From an uncultured Alphaproteobacteria bacterium (GTDB taxonomy: Bacteria > Pseudomonadota > Alphaproteobacteria > RF32 > CAG-239): 64,000 nucleotides of DNA. The position numbers were made by a program, and so were the translations under genes. Within the stretch, counting starts at the first letter, position 1. Each line of letters starts with the position of its first letter. Below, one piece after another: positions 9,843-19,798 of the stretch. The notes under the pieces are model-generated. The model was not told where the DNA came from and searched no databases. It saw nothing but the letters and a program-made list of their open reading frames with translations. The stretch lies in NCBI GenBank assembly GCA_944392295.1, contig CALXWE010000008.1, positions 12,474 through 76,473 on the forward strand, in the 5' to 3' direction.

Positions 9843-9935
9843 AAAGAGTATCCTTATGTTAACAAATAAAACATATTTGGTATGATATACCGCATATATT
9901 AAAAGATAATGAAAAATTATAAGGAGAATCATAAA

Positions 9936-10667
9936 ATGAGTAACAAAATCGCAGCAGTAATTTTGGGAGCCGGTAAAGGTACACGTATGAAGTCAGATTT
10001 ACCTAAAGTGATGATGCCGGTGTGCGGAAAATCTATGATAAAACATATTATCGATACATTGGAAGATATGAAAGTAGATGAGATTGTAACGGTTATTTCG
10101 CCCGACGGAGAAATGGTAAAAAAAGAAGTTGCTCCATATAAGACCTGCGTACAAGATAAACAATTAGGTACCGGTCACGCCGTAAAATGCAGCGAAGAGT
10201 TATTAAAAGGTTTTGACGGTGCGGTTATGGTTATTTTCGGCGATACTCCGTTAATCACGAAAGAAACCTTTATGCGTTCGGTAAATAAGGTCAGAGAAGG
10301 TTATGCAGTGGTAGTTTTAGGCTTTAAGCCGGAAGACGCTGCTCGTTACGGACGTTTGAAAATGGACGGTGATGAATTAGTTTCCATTGTTGAATATAAA
10401 GACGCCACCGAAGAAGAACGCAAAATCAATTTTTGCAATTCCGGCTTTATGGCATTTGACGGCAAGTATTTGTTTGAAATTTTAAATAAAATCGGCAATG
10501 AAAATGCCGCCGGTGAGTATTATTTAACAGATGCTATTAAAATTGCCCGTGATATGGGTTTAAAATGCACGGCCTTTGAAGGCGACCCTCAAGAAGTTGC
10601 CAGTGCCAACACTCGTGAAGAATTAGCTTTATTGGAAACTTACGTTAAGAATAAACAGAATGCTTAA
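9936..10667 (+). CDS. glmU: GlmU-like UDP-N-acetylglucosamine pyrophosphorylase, N-terminal uridyltransferase domain only (no LbH acetyltransferase domain)
   Basis: AAVILGAGKGTRMKSDLPKV, QLGTGHAV, GDTPLIT, EYKDAT and EYYLTD are hallmark GlmU/GcaD pyrophosphorylase motifs. The ORF stops after about 245 aa and the next gene is unrelated. Confidence 0.7.
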   Translation: MSNKIAAVILGAGKGTRMKSDLPKVMMPVCGKSMIKHIIDTLEDMKVDEIVTVISPDGEMVKKEVAPYKTCVQDKQLGTGHAVKCSEELLKGFDGAVMVIFGDTPLITKETFMRSVNKVREGYAVVVLGFKPEDAARYGRLKMDGDELVSIVEYKDATEEERKINFCNSGFMAFDGKYLFEILNKIGNENAAGEYYLTDAIKIARDMGLKCTAFEGDPQEVASANTREELALLETYVKNKQNA

Positions 10668-11184
10668 TTTTATAAAAATACATTGGTTTGGACTTATTTT
10701 ATCGGTTGTAGCCGTATTTTACACGGCTGTCTTTGTAATGGTATTTTTATCGCCGCGTCAAGATGAGCTCAAAAGGGGATTTATACCTTGTACCGAAATT
10801 TTGGTACAAGATATGTTTGATTGTAACGGTAAGGCGTGGTGTATGAGCAAAGCCATTGTTAAAAACACCGGCTGTGATACCAAAATCGTTTTGGAAGGTT
10901 TGGGTAATTGGGTTAAAGGCAAACAGTCAACACCATGGGCTAATTATTTGTTTGAGCCACGCATAGATAAAGAAAATAATCAAGACGAGAAACATCCCGA
11001 ACTTGAAGAATTTTACAGAGATAATCGCGATATAAAAGCCGATATGGAAAAGTTAAACAGACAGTGGCAGGAGCTTGAAAAATCATTGCCTAATGATAAA
11101 ATAACTGAAGTTCCCGTCAAAGAACAAGCTGTAAAGGAAAATAAGGAGGAAGTAAAAGATGAGCAAACAGCAAGTAAAGAATAA
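10660..11184 (+). CDS. hypothetical membrane-anchored protein with acidic/lysine-rich C-terminus
   Basis: One N-terminal TM helix (FGLILSVVAVFYTAVFVMVF), four cysteines, coupled start overlapping the glmU stop. Confidence 0.4.
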   Translation: MLNFIKIHWFGLILSVVAVFYTAVFVMVFLSPRQDELKRGFIPCTEILVQDMFDCNGKAWCMSKAIVKNTGCDTKIVLEGLGNWVKGKQSTPWANYLFEPRIDKENNQDEKHPELEEFYRDNRDIKADMEKLNRQWQELEKSLPNDKITEVPVKEQAVKENKEEVKDEQTASKE

Positions 11185-12955
11185 TCTTCCGGCATGGGAT
11201 TTATCGGATTTATATAAAGGCATTGATGATCCTAATATTAACAAAGACTTAGAAACTTATCGTAAAACTACCTTAAGCTTTGCCAAGAAGTATAAAGGTA
11301 AGTTGGGCTCACTAAGTCCTGATGAAGCTTTAAAAATGTTTAAAGTTAAAGAAAAACTGGCAATTTTGGGAGGACGCTTGGGAGGCTTTGCTTATCTTAA
11401 TATGTCAACGCAAATGAAAAACTCCGAAGCCATGCGGTTTTATCAAAATATATCTGAAAAATTGACTGATTATGCCAAGCCAATGGTATTTTTCAGCCTA
11501 GAGTTTAATGCTCTGCCGGAAGCCAAAATCAAAGAATGGCTCAAAGATAAAAAGGTAGCTTTTTACAAACCGTACATTAAACGGATTCGTAAGTATAAAA
11601 AATACGAATTAAGTGAGCCTGTTGAAGAAATTTTGCTTGAAAAATCCATCACCTCATCGGAAGCTTGGGTTCGGTTGTATGAAGAAATTTCATCTCGGTT
11701 AGAGTATCATGTTGACGGCAAAACTTATAACGATGCCGAAATTAGCAAACTTACCTTAGATGCCGATCCTAAAGTTCGTCATGCCGCCGGAGCGGAAATC
11801 AATCGAGTTTATAAGCAAAACTCTCCTTTGTTTACTTTGGTTTATAATATGATTATAAAAGACAAAGCCATAGAAGATGAGAAGAGGGGCTTTGCCAAAC
11901 CTGTTTCGGCTCGTAATTTGGCCGAAGATGTACCGGATAAAGTTGTTGATGCCTTGGCTCAAACCGTAAAAGCCAATTACAAAAATTTGGCACATCGTTT
12001 TTATAAATTAAAAGCTAAATGGTTAGGTGTTAAAAAAATCAGTTATTGGGACCGAAATGCACCGCTGCCGTTTTCATCAGATATTCATTATGAATGGAAT
12101 GATGCGGTTAAAACGGTATTAAACGGTTATTACAATTTTTCGCCCAAACTCGGCAAAATTGCCCAAGACTTTTTTGACCATCCGTGGATAGACGTACCGC
12201 CCCGCGACGGTAAAAGAAGCGGAGCTTATTGCAGTGGACCTTTGGCAACCAAGCATCCGTATTTGTTTTTAAATTTTGTGGGCAAGCAAAACGATGTTTT
12301 GACTTTAGCTCATGAATTAGGTCATGGCTGTCACCATCAACTTCGTACCAAAAACGGAGAGTTAAACGAAACCTCGCGTATGACTACCGAAGAAGTTGCT
12401 TCCGTATTTGGCGAGATGTTGGTTTTTCAAGATATGCTCAAGAACTTGGATGATGATAAAGATAAATTATGCTTAATTGCTTCCAAGGTTGGCGATATGT
12501 TAAATACGGCAGTTCGTCAGATTGCCTTTCACTTTTTTGAAACTCGAGCCCATGAGGAACGTAAATCTGGAGAACTTTCCGAGGAAAGATTAGCCGATAT
12601 CTGGCAAGAAGAAATGGGTGAAAGCTTGGGCGAATATGTAGAAATGGGAGATGATACGCGCTATATATGGTCTATGGTCGGACACTTTTTCTTTTTACCG
12701 TTTTACGTGTATGCTTATTCCTTTGCGGATTGCTTGGTAAATTCACTTTATCAGGTAAAGATGGAAGGAAATGTTGAAAACTTTGCCGATAAGTATTTAA
12801 AACTGCTGTCGCAAACGGCTATCGGTGAATATGAAGACATTTTAAGACCGTTCAATTTAAATCCGAACAACCCGGATTTTTGGCAGAAGGGATTAAACTT
12901 AATTTCATCATATATAGATGAATTGGAACGACTTGATAAAAAGCTTAAGCTGTAA
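11159..12955 (+). CDS. pepF: M3-family oligoendopeptidase F
   Basis: HELGHGCHH zinc-binding HEXXH motif in the right position. About 600 aa, matching PepF size. Confidence 0.8.
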   Translation: MSKQQVKNNLPAWDLSDLYKGIDDPNINKDLETYRKTTLSFAKKYKGKLGSLSPDEALKMFKVKEKLAILGGRLGGFAYLNMSTQMKNSEAMRFYQNISEKLTDYAKPMVFFSLEFNALPEAKIKEWLKDKKVAFYKPYIKRIRKYKKYELSEPVEEILLEKSITSSEAWVRLYEEISSRLEYHVDGKTYNDAEISKLTLDADPKVRHAAGAEINRVYKQNSPLFTLVYNMIIKDKAIEDEKRGFAKPVSARNLAEDVPDKVVDALAQTVKANYKNLAHRFYKLKAKWLGVKKISYWDRNAPLPFSSDIHYEWNDAVKTVLNGYYNFSPKLGKIAQDFFDHPWIDVPPRDGKRSGAYCSGPLATKHPYLFLNFVGKQNDVLTLAHELGHGCHHQLRTKNGELNETSRMTTEEVASVFGEMLVFQDMLKNLDDDKDKLCLIASKVGDMLNTAVRQIAFHFFETRAHEERKSGELSEERLADIWQEEMGESLGEYVEMGDDTRYIWSMVGHFFFLPFYVYAYSFADCLVNSLYQVKMEGNVENFADKYLKLLSQTAIGEYEDILRPFNLNPNNPDFWQKGLNLISSYIDELERLDKKLKL

Positions 12956-12974
12956 AACAAACACCCCGATAAAA

Positions 12975-13005
12975 AACACCCCCGAAAGTTAATTTCGGGG
13001 GTGTT
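12975..13005 (+). terminator. 31 bp palindromic hairpin (AACACCCCCGAAAGTTAATTTCGGGGGTGTT) acting as pepF terminator; member of a dispersed hairpin repeat
   Basis: Perfect 11 bp stem followed by AAAATTTTT. A near-identical copy lies at 14434..14464. Confidence 0.6.
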
Positions 13006-13084
13006 AAAATTTTTAAGCTAATCTTAAAAAAAAGAAAGGAGAGTGTTAAAAAACACTCTCCTTATCTTTATCATCGCTACCAAA

Positions 13085-14233
13085 CTACCAACGATGTTCG
13101 TCAGTAGTATTCTTGAGGTAGTCAACAAAAGCGTTGATGTTGTCTCCGCCTTTGTATTTTCCACCCAAGAAGGTCTGGTAATTCTCCAAATCAGCCCTGA
13201 GCTCACGCTCATAGCTTTCTTTGGAGAAAGCCCCCCTGGCGTGGAGATCGCTGAGGATGAGTTCCAAGACGGCGTCCTTGTGGGATACGCCATAGAGCAT
13301 TTCTGCTCCGTTAGGCCAGCCCATATTGTTGAACTTACGGATAAGCTGAACAAATGTGGACCAGTCGGCATCCTCAACCCCCGGCATCAGGTACCGCTCA
13401 GGATTTTGAGAGGTTGTTTTCCCCTCAAAAGTTACGGTATCCTTTTTGAGTGGCCAGATGGCTGCTGCAACATATCCGAGCATTATTTCGGACAGGCGCC
13501 CGTCAACGACCTCAAGGTCGTCAATAATCGGGCAGTGTGCCAGTACGAAGTTCATCTTCGCATCGGCATACCGGACGTCTTTTGCCTTTAGCAGGAATTC
13601 TGCCAAAACGCGTTTGTCATAAAACGCATTGCCGGAGCAGAGCACAAATGTCACCTCTTTACCTGCCTCTTTAGCGAACTGGTAAAGCTCGTCAAAGTTA
13701 CCGGCGGTATCGGTATCCTGGCACACACGCTCGTTGGCGCGAACGTAACTTCTTGGAGCAAGTTGCTCCAGAAGATTGATGTATGTCTTGTACTCGGCCT
13801 GATACATGATACCAGGCTGATTAAAGACTTCTTCATAGAGGCCTTTATTTCCGCCTAAACCAATAGGCAGAACCGGCAGCAGATCATCTGTCTGCTTGGC
13901 GTAAAATCGCACCATTTCCATGGTACAAAGATGCGCTGTCATAATCCCTGAGAAGCATACGGCAACCGGGTTGACCATATTTTTTGGCAGGTTATACAAG
14001 TCGCATACGCGAGCCTCTGACATTGTCCCTTGAGCGTTGGTGTATTTATACACTTCTCCGGGACGACATCCGCCGACACGTTCAGCCTCTTTAAGAACCT
14101 TTGCCCAATATTCAGGCTCCAGCTCTCGCGGTGCTAAAGCTCCCACGGTCTCATACACCTGACGTCTGCCGTCTGCATTGCAGCGGTAACCATTCTTTTC
14201 CAAAATTGCGATGATTTCTTTGCTTTTGTTCAT
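13085..14233 (-). CDS. hypothetical protein, anomalously GC-rich (likely horizontally acquired)
   Basis: 382 aa intact ORF. Local GC is about 48% against a mid-30s % background, and codon usage is visibly different (CTG, GGC, CCG rich). Own hairpin terminator at 13037..13060. No family recognised from sequence. Confidence 0.5.
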   Translation of the reverse strand: MNKSKEIIAILEKNGYRCNADGRRQVYETVGALAPRELEPEYWAKVLKEAERVGGCRPGEVYKYTNAQGTMSEARVCDLYNLPKNMVNPVAVCFSGIMTAHLCTMEMVRFYAKQTDDLLPVLPIGLGGNKGLYEEVFNQPGIMYQAEYKTYINLLEQLAPRSYVRANERVCQDTDTAGNFDELYQFAKEAGKEVTFVLCSGNAFYDKRVLAEFLLKAKDVRYADAKMNFVLAHCPIIDDLEVVDGRLSEIMLGYVAAAIWPLKKDTVTFEGKTTSQNPERYLMPGVEDADWSTFVQLIRKFNNMGWPNGAEMLYGVSHKDAVLELILSDLHARGAFSKESYERELRADLENYQTFLGGKYKGGDNINAFVDYLKNTTDEHRW

Positions 14234-14433
14234 ACTTTTTCCGGTGTTTATAGAGGGCGTTTCCTTAAGAACTCCGGTACCTCTTATTTAAATTAATAAT
14301 ATTTCAAAATAAAATGTACCAAGGGTCTATATGAAAACACTTCACCCTAAAAAGCAAGAACTTTTTACAATATCTACCCAATAATACATTTACGGCAAAC
14401 ATTATACTGCAATTATCGTTTTTTGTCAATAAC

Positions 14434-14464
14434 AACACCCCAGAAAGTTGATTTCGGGGGTGTT
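14434..14464 (+). repeat. second copy of the 31 bp palindromic hairpin (AACACCCCAGAAAGTTGATTTCGGGGGTGTT)
   Basis: Differs from the 12975 copy at 3 of 31 positions. Same orientation. Lies immediately downstream of the stop of the 14484..14870 gene. Confidence 0.6.
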
Positions 14465-14483
14465 GAGTTTAGCTTTAATAAAG

Positions 14484-14870
14484 TTATTTATTATTTTCGT
14501 TGCACATTTCAGGGTAGAGCCATTCACCGTCTAAAACATTACAACCCTCTTTTACAAAATTAAATTTACAATTTTGAGTTTTGAGGTTGTAAGCTTTCTG
14601 GTTACGCAGGCAAATTGTTTTAACCATATCCTGCGTTATGCAGTTAGCGGTTTTGCAATTTTGGATAATGTCAATTTCTTCATCGGTAAGTTTAATACAG
14701 CCAAAATCTTCACCCCATTTAAAGCAGTCGGTACGACAAGTTTTTTTATCATAATCCCACACGCCGCCGTGGGAGGTACAATACTCTATTTGGTGATTAC
14801 GATACGAAACAAAAAGCACCACAAGTGCCACAACTACGAGCAATTTCCATAACACATGTATTATTTTCAT
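14484..14870 (-). CDS. small secreted cysteine-rich protein (hypothetical)
   Basis: N-terminal hydrophobic signal/anchor LLVVVALVVLFVSY. Ten cysteines within 100 aa. Confidence 0.45.
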   Translation of the reverse strand: MKIIHVLWKLLVVVALVVLFVSYRNHQIEYCTSHGGVWDYDKKTCRTDCFKWGEDFGCIKLTDEEIDIIQNCKTANCITQDMVKTICLRNQKAYNLKTQNCKFNFVKEGCNVLDGEWLYPEMCNENNK

Positions 14871-14897
14871 TACATAACCTTTCGTAACCGATAAATT

Positions 14898-15245
14898 TTA
14901 ACCAAAAGCTTTAAGATATTGAGAAATACTTTGATAGAAGTTATCTTCTGCGGTATCTTGCTCAAGTTGGCTTAAATTTACCTTATCTAAATCTACTACT
15001 TTATCGGCGGCAACCTTGCACACATTGTTTGCCACATCGGCAAAGCCGCCGCTTATAAACCAGCGTTTAATAATTTTGTTGTTACTGTCCATGGTCGCCA
15101 CTAAGCCTAAAGTCAACATCAAAGAAGTCGGAGCTTTATCTTCAATTACCGTTAAAGTACCCTCTGGTACGGGTAGCAAAACTTTAACGACTTTTTCGTC
15201 GGTTACAAGCTGTTCCGGGGTACAAAGTTGTAATTGGACTGACAT
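14898..15245 (-). CDS. atpC: F0F1 ATP synthase subunit epsilon
   Basis: Start at internal MSVQLQLCTPEQ, immediately after the atpD stop. Size and beta-sandwich/helical hairpin pattern typical of epsilon. Last gene of atpHAGDC. Confidence 0.75.
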   Translation of the reverse strand: MSVQLQLCTPEQLVTDEKVVKVLLPVPEGTLTVIEDKAPTSLMLTLGLVATMDSNNKIIKRWFISGGFADVANNVCKVAADKVVDLDKVNLSQLEQDTAEDNFYQSISQYLKAFG

Positions 15246-15246
15246 T

Positions 15247-16713
<1,467 letters not shown>

Positions 16714-16735
16714 TTAATTCTCCTTTTTAAGTGGC

Positions 16736-17656
16736 CTAAAGTGCCTCGGCACCGGAAATAATTTCGGTCAATTCGGTAGTAATTGCCGATTGACGCAAAC
16801 CGTTATATTTTAAGGTTAAAGAGCTTATCATATCTTTAGCGCTGCGGGTTGCATTATCCATAGCTGCCATACGAGCTCCTTGTTCGGAAGCTTGCGAGTT
16901 TGCGATGCTTACAAAAACCATATTCACCACAAGTTTAGGCAGCATTGCTTCCAATAGGCGTATTTTATCAGGTCTATAGTAGTAATAGGCATCACCGATA
17001 TGAGTTAACTTTTTATCTTCTTCGCTAAGTTTCAAGGCTGAAGTTGATAAAGGATAAATCTGCTCGGCAACGATTTCGCGATTCAATGCCGAATGAAATT
17101 TGCTGTAAATAATTTCACAGACATCGCACATTCCCCCGTTGTAGCAATCGGCAATTTTTTTAGCCAAAGCCACAGCACCGTTAAAAGATAAATCTTTGGT
17201 ATCAAGAGCTGGGTTATTTTCAATAACATCGGCCTCAAACTGCTTTTTTATAACGTTAAAAACTTTTTTGCCATAGCAGATAACCCTTACGTTTTTGCCG
17301 GCATCTTTTAACTCTTTAATACGAGTTAAAGCAGCTTTACCGATGTTGTGATTATAACTACCGCATAAGCCGCGGTCTGATGCAAAAACAAACAGCAAAT
17401 AATCTTTAGCATTAGGTTTATCACGCATAAGCTCAGGCAGTATGTATGTAATATTTTTTTCTGCTTCTTCTTCGGCAATCGCCGCCAATAAACGTTTTAC
17501 ATTAACGTTTAAAAGTTGCGAGTAAAAGCAGCTGCGATCCAGTGCCAGCTCAGCCTTACGCAGCTTGGAAGCAGCCACCATCTTCATAGCCGAAGTTATT
17601 TTTTGGGTGGATTTAATGCTTTCCAAGCGATTGCGTAATTCTTTTAATCCTGCCAT
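16736..17656 (-). CDS. atpG: F0F1 ATP synthase subunit gamma
   Basis: Conserved gamma N- and C-terminal helices (ITSAMKMVAASKLRKA ... ELTEIISGAEAL). Confidence 0.9.
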   Translation of the reverse strand: MAGLKELRNRLESIKSTQKITSAMKMVAASKLRKAELALDRSCFYSQLLNVNVKRLLAAIAEEEAEKNITYILPELMRDKPNAKDYLLFVFASDRGLCGSYNHNIGKAALTRIKELKDAGKNVRVICYGKKVFNVIKKQFEADVIENNPALDTKDLSFNGAVALAKKIADCYNGGMCDVCEIIYSKFHSALNREIVAEQIYPLSTSALKLSEEDKKLTHIGDAYYYYRPDKIRLLEAMLPKLVVNMVFVSIANSQASEQGARMAAMDNATRSAKDMISSLTLKYNGLRQSAITTELTEIISGAEAL

Positions 17657-19206
17657 TATGCCGCCTTTTCAGAAGCTGTAAATTCATTTAACTGTTCGGT
17701 ATAAAAAGCCTTCAACTTCTCTTCCAATTCCGGCGAAATTATCTTTTGTTTGGCAATTTCTTCCAGATATTCTGGGTGTTGAGCTTTTAAGGTCTCCAAC
17801 GATTTTTGCTCAAACTTTTTAATATCGCTGATATTAACTTTATCTAAAAAGCCATTAACACCGGAAAAGATGGAAACGACTTCATCTTCAACCGCCATCG
17901 GATGATAAACCGGCTGCTTTAACAGTTCGGTTAATCTGGCGCCTCTGTCCAGCAAGTTTTTGGTAGAAGCATCCAAGTCGGACGAAAATTGCGAGAATGC
18001 CGCCATTTCACGGTACTGAGCCAAATCCAACTTCATACTTCCGGCAACTTGTTTCATAGCTTTAATTTGTGCCGAAGAACCTACACGGCTAACCGAAATA
18101 CCGACATTTACGGCCGGACGAACACCCTGATAGAACAAACCTGTTTCCAAGAATATTTGTCCGTCGGTAATGGAAATAACATTAGTCGGAATATATGCGG
18201 AAACGTCTCCGGCCTGAGTTTCAATAACCGGCAAAGCGGTTAAAGAACCTGCACCTTCTTCATCGTTCATTTTGGCAGCTCGTTCGAGCAAGCGGGAGTG
18301 CAAATAGAACACATCTCCGGGGTAAGCTTCACGCCCCGGCGGACGACGGAGCAACAACGACATCTGACGATAAGCCGTTGCCTGCTTGGAAAGGTCGTCA
18401 TAAAAGATAACGGCATGCATACCGTTGTCGCGGAAATATTCACCCATTGCGCAACCCGAATAAGGAGCAATAAACTGCAGCGGGGCCGCTTCAGAAGCGG
18501 TGGCGGCAACTACGATGGTATAATCCATAGCGCCATAATCTTTTAAGGTTTTAACAACCTGAGCCACCGAAGAACGCTTTTGACCTACCGCAACATAAAT
18601 GCAGTAAAGTTTATCTTTTTCGGATTTAGCAGCATCATTAATTTTTTTCTGATTGATAATGGTATCCAAGATTATGGAAGTTTTTCCGGTTTGTCTGTCG
18701 CCGATAATCAGCTCGCGTTGTCCTCTTCCGATAGGAATTAAGGCATCAATGATTTTTAAACCTGTTTGTACCGGTTCGTGCACGCTGCGGCGTTCAATAA
18801 TGCCCGGAGCTTTAACTTCCGAGTTGCTGAATTGCTTAGCTTTAATTTCACCCAAGCCGTCAATCGGTTCACCTAAGGCATTAACAACACGACCTAAAAG
18901 TTCTTTACCGACCGGAACGCTAACAATTTTATCGGTGCGTTTAACCGTATCGCCCTCTTTAACACTTTCATCTGAGCCGAACAAAACCACGCCGACGCTG
19001 TTTTCTTCCAAGTTTAAGGCCATACCTTTAACGCCGGATTCAAACTCGACCATTTCATTGGATTGGACGTTGTTAAGACCGTAAACCTGAGCGATACCGT
19101 CGCCGACGGATAATACGCGGCCAACCTCGCTCATATCGGTATCGAGCTTATATTGCTCAATTTTTTCTTTTAAGATTGATGAAATTTCGTCAGCTTGTGT
19201 AGACAT
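17656..19206 (-). CDS. atpA: F0F1 ATP synthase subunit alpha
   Basis: GDRQTGKT P-loop; conserved throughout. Confidence 0.97.
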   Translation of the reverse strand: MSTQADEISSILKEKIEQYKLDTDMSEVGRVLSVGDGIAQVYGLNNVQSNEMVEFESGVKGMALNLEENSVGVVLFGSDESVKEGDTVKRTDKIVSVPVGKELLGRVVNALGEPIDGLGEIKAKQFSNSEVKAPGIIERRSVHEPVQTGLKIIDALIPIGRGQRELIIGDRQTGKTSIILDTIINQKKINDAAKSEKDKLYCIYVAVGQKRSSVAQVVKTLKDYGAMDYTIVVAATASEAAPLQFIAPYSGCAMGEYFRDNGMHAVIFYDDLSKQATAYRQMSLLLRRPPGREAYPGDVFYLHSRLLERAAKMNDEEGAGSLTALPVIETQAGDVSAYIPTNVISITDGQIFLETGLFYQGVRPAVNVGISVSRVGSSAQIKAMKQVAGSMKLDLAQYREMAAFSQFSSDLDASTKNLLDRGARLTELLKQPVYHPMAVEDEVVSIFSGVNGFLDKVNISDIKKFEQKSLETLKAQHPEYLEEIAKQKIISPELEEKLKAFYTEQLNEFTASEKAA

Positions 19207-19757
19207 TATTTATTACCTTTCATAACCTGTTCAAGGGTTTTGAGTTTTGCGGCGATTGTGTCGTCTATACACACGGAGTTGTAACTGATTTTCAAACCGC
19301 CGATAATTTTCTGGTTAATATCATAGTTAAGAATTATTTTCTGATTTAAAAGTTTTTCCAAACCGCCTTTAAGTTTTTTGCCTTGCTCGGCAGAAAGTTT
19401 TTGTACGCTTTCAACTTCAACTTCCAATATGCCCTGATTTTGATAATAGAGATGAGCAAATTGCTCTAACATGGCAGGTAAATCATTAAAGCGGCGCTTT
19501 GCAGCCACCAGTTCCAAAAAGTTTTTAAAAGTTTCGGAAAGCTGCAGCGACGAAGCAATATCACTTATAATATTTTTTTTCTCTTCGGATTTAAAGACGG
19601 GATTATTTAGTATGTTTAATTGCAGAAGGCTATTATTTGCATCTTGTAATTTTTGGCAGTCTTTCCAGACTTTAGGTAGGGTCTTTTCGGCCAGAGCTGC
19701 CTCTAATAGGGCATTTGCGTAATTGTTTGCGACTTGTATTTTTGAAAGTTTAGCCAT
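19206..19757 (-). CDS. atpH: F0F1 ATP synthase subunit delta (OSCP)
   Basis: 183 aa, first in atpHAGDC order, typical delta length and helical profile. Confidence 0.75.
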   Translation of the reverse strand: MAKLSKIQVANNYANALLEAALAEKTLPKVWKDCQKLQDANNSLLQLNILNNPVFKSEEKKNIISDIASSLQLSETFKNFLELVAAKRRFNDLPAMLEQFAHLYYQNQGILEVEVESVQKLSAEQGKKLKGGLEKLLNQKIILNYDINQKIIGGLKISYNSVCIDDTIAAKLKTLEQVMKGNK

Positions 19758-19798
19758 TTTATTGTTTAACCTACCTAATTACATAACATCAGCCTGTT

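Noticed and set aside
13043-13591. 182 aa plus-strand ORF
   Set aside because: Antisense to the GC-rich 13085..14233 gene. Long open antisense frames are expected in GC-richer DNA. The minus-strand frame is longer and has its own terminator.
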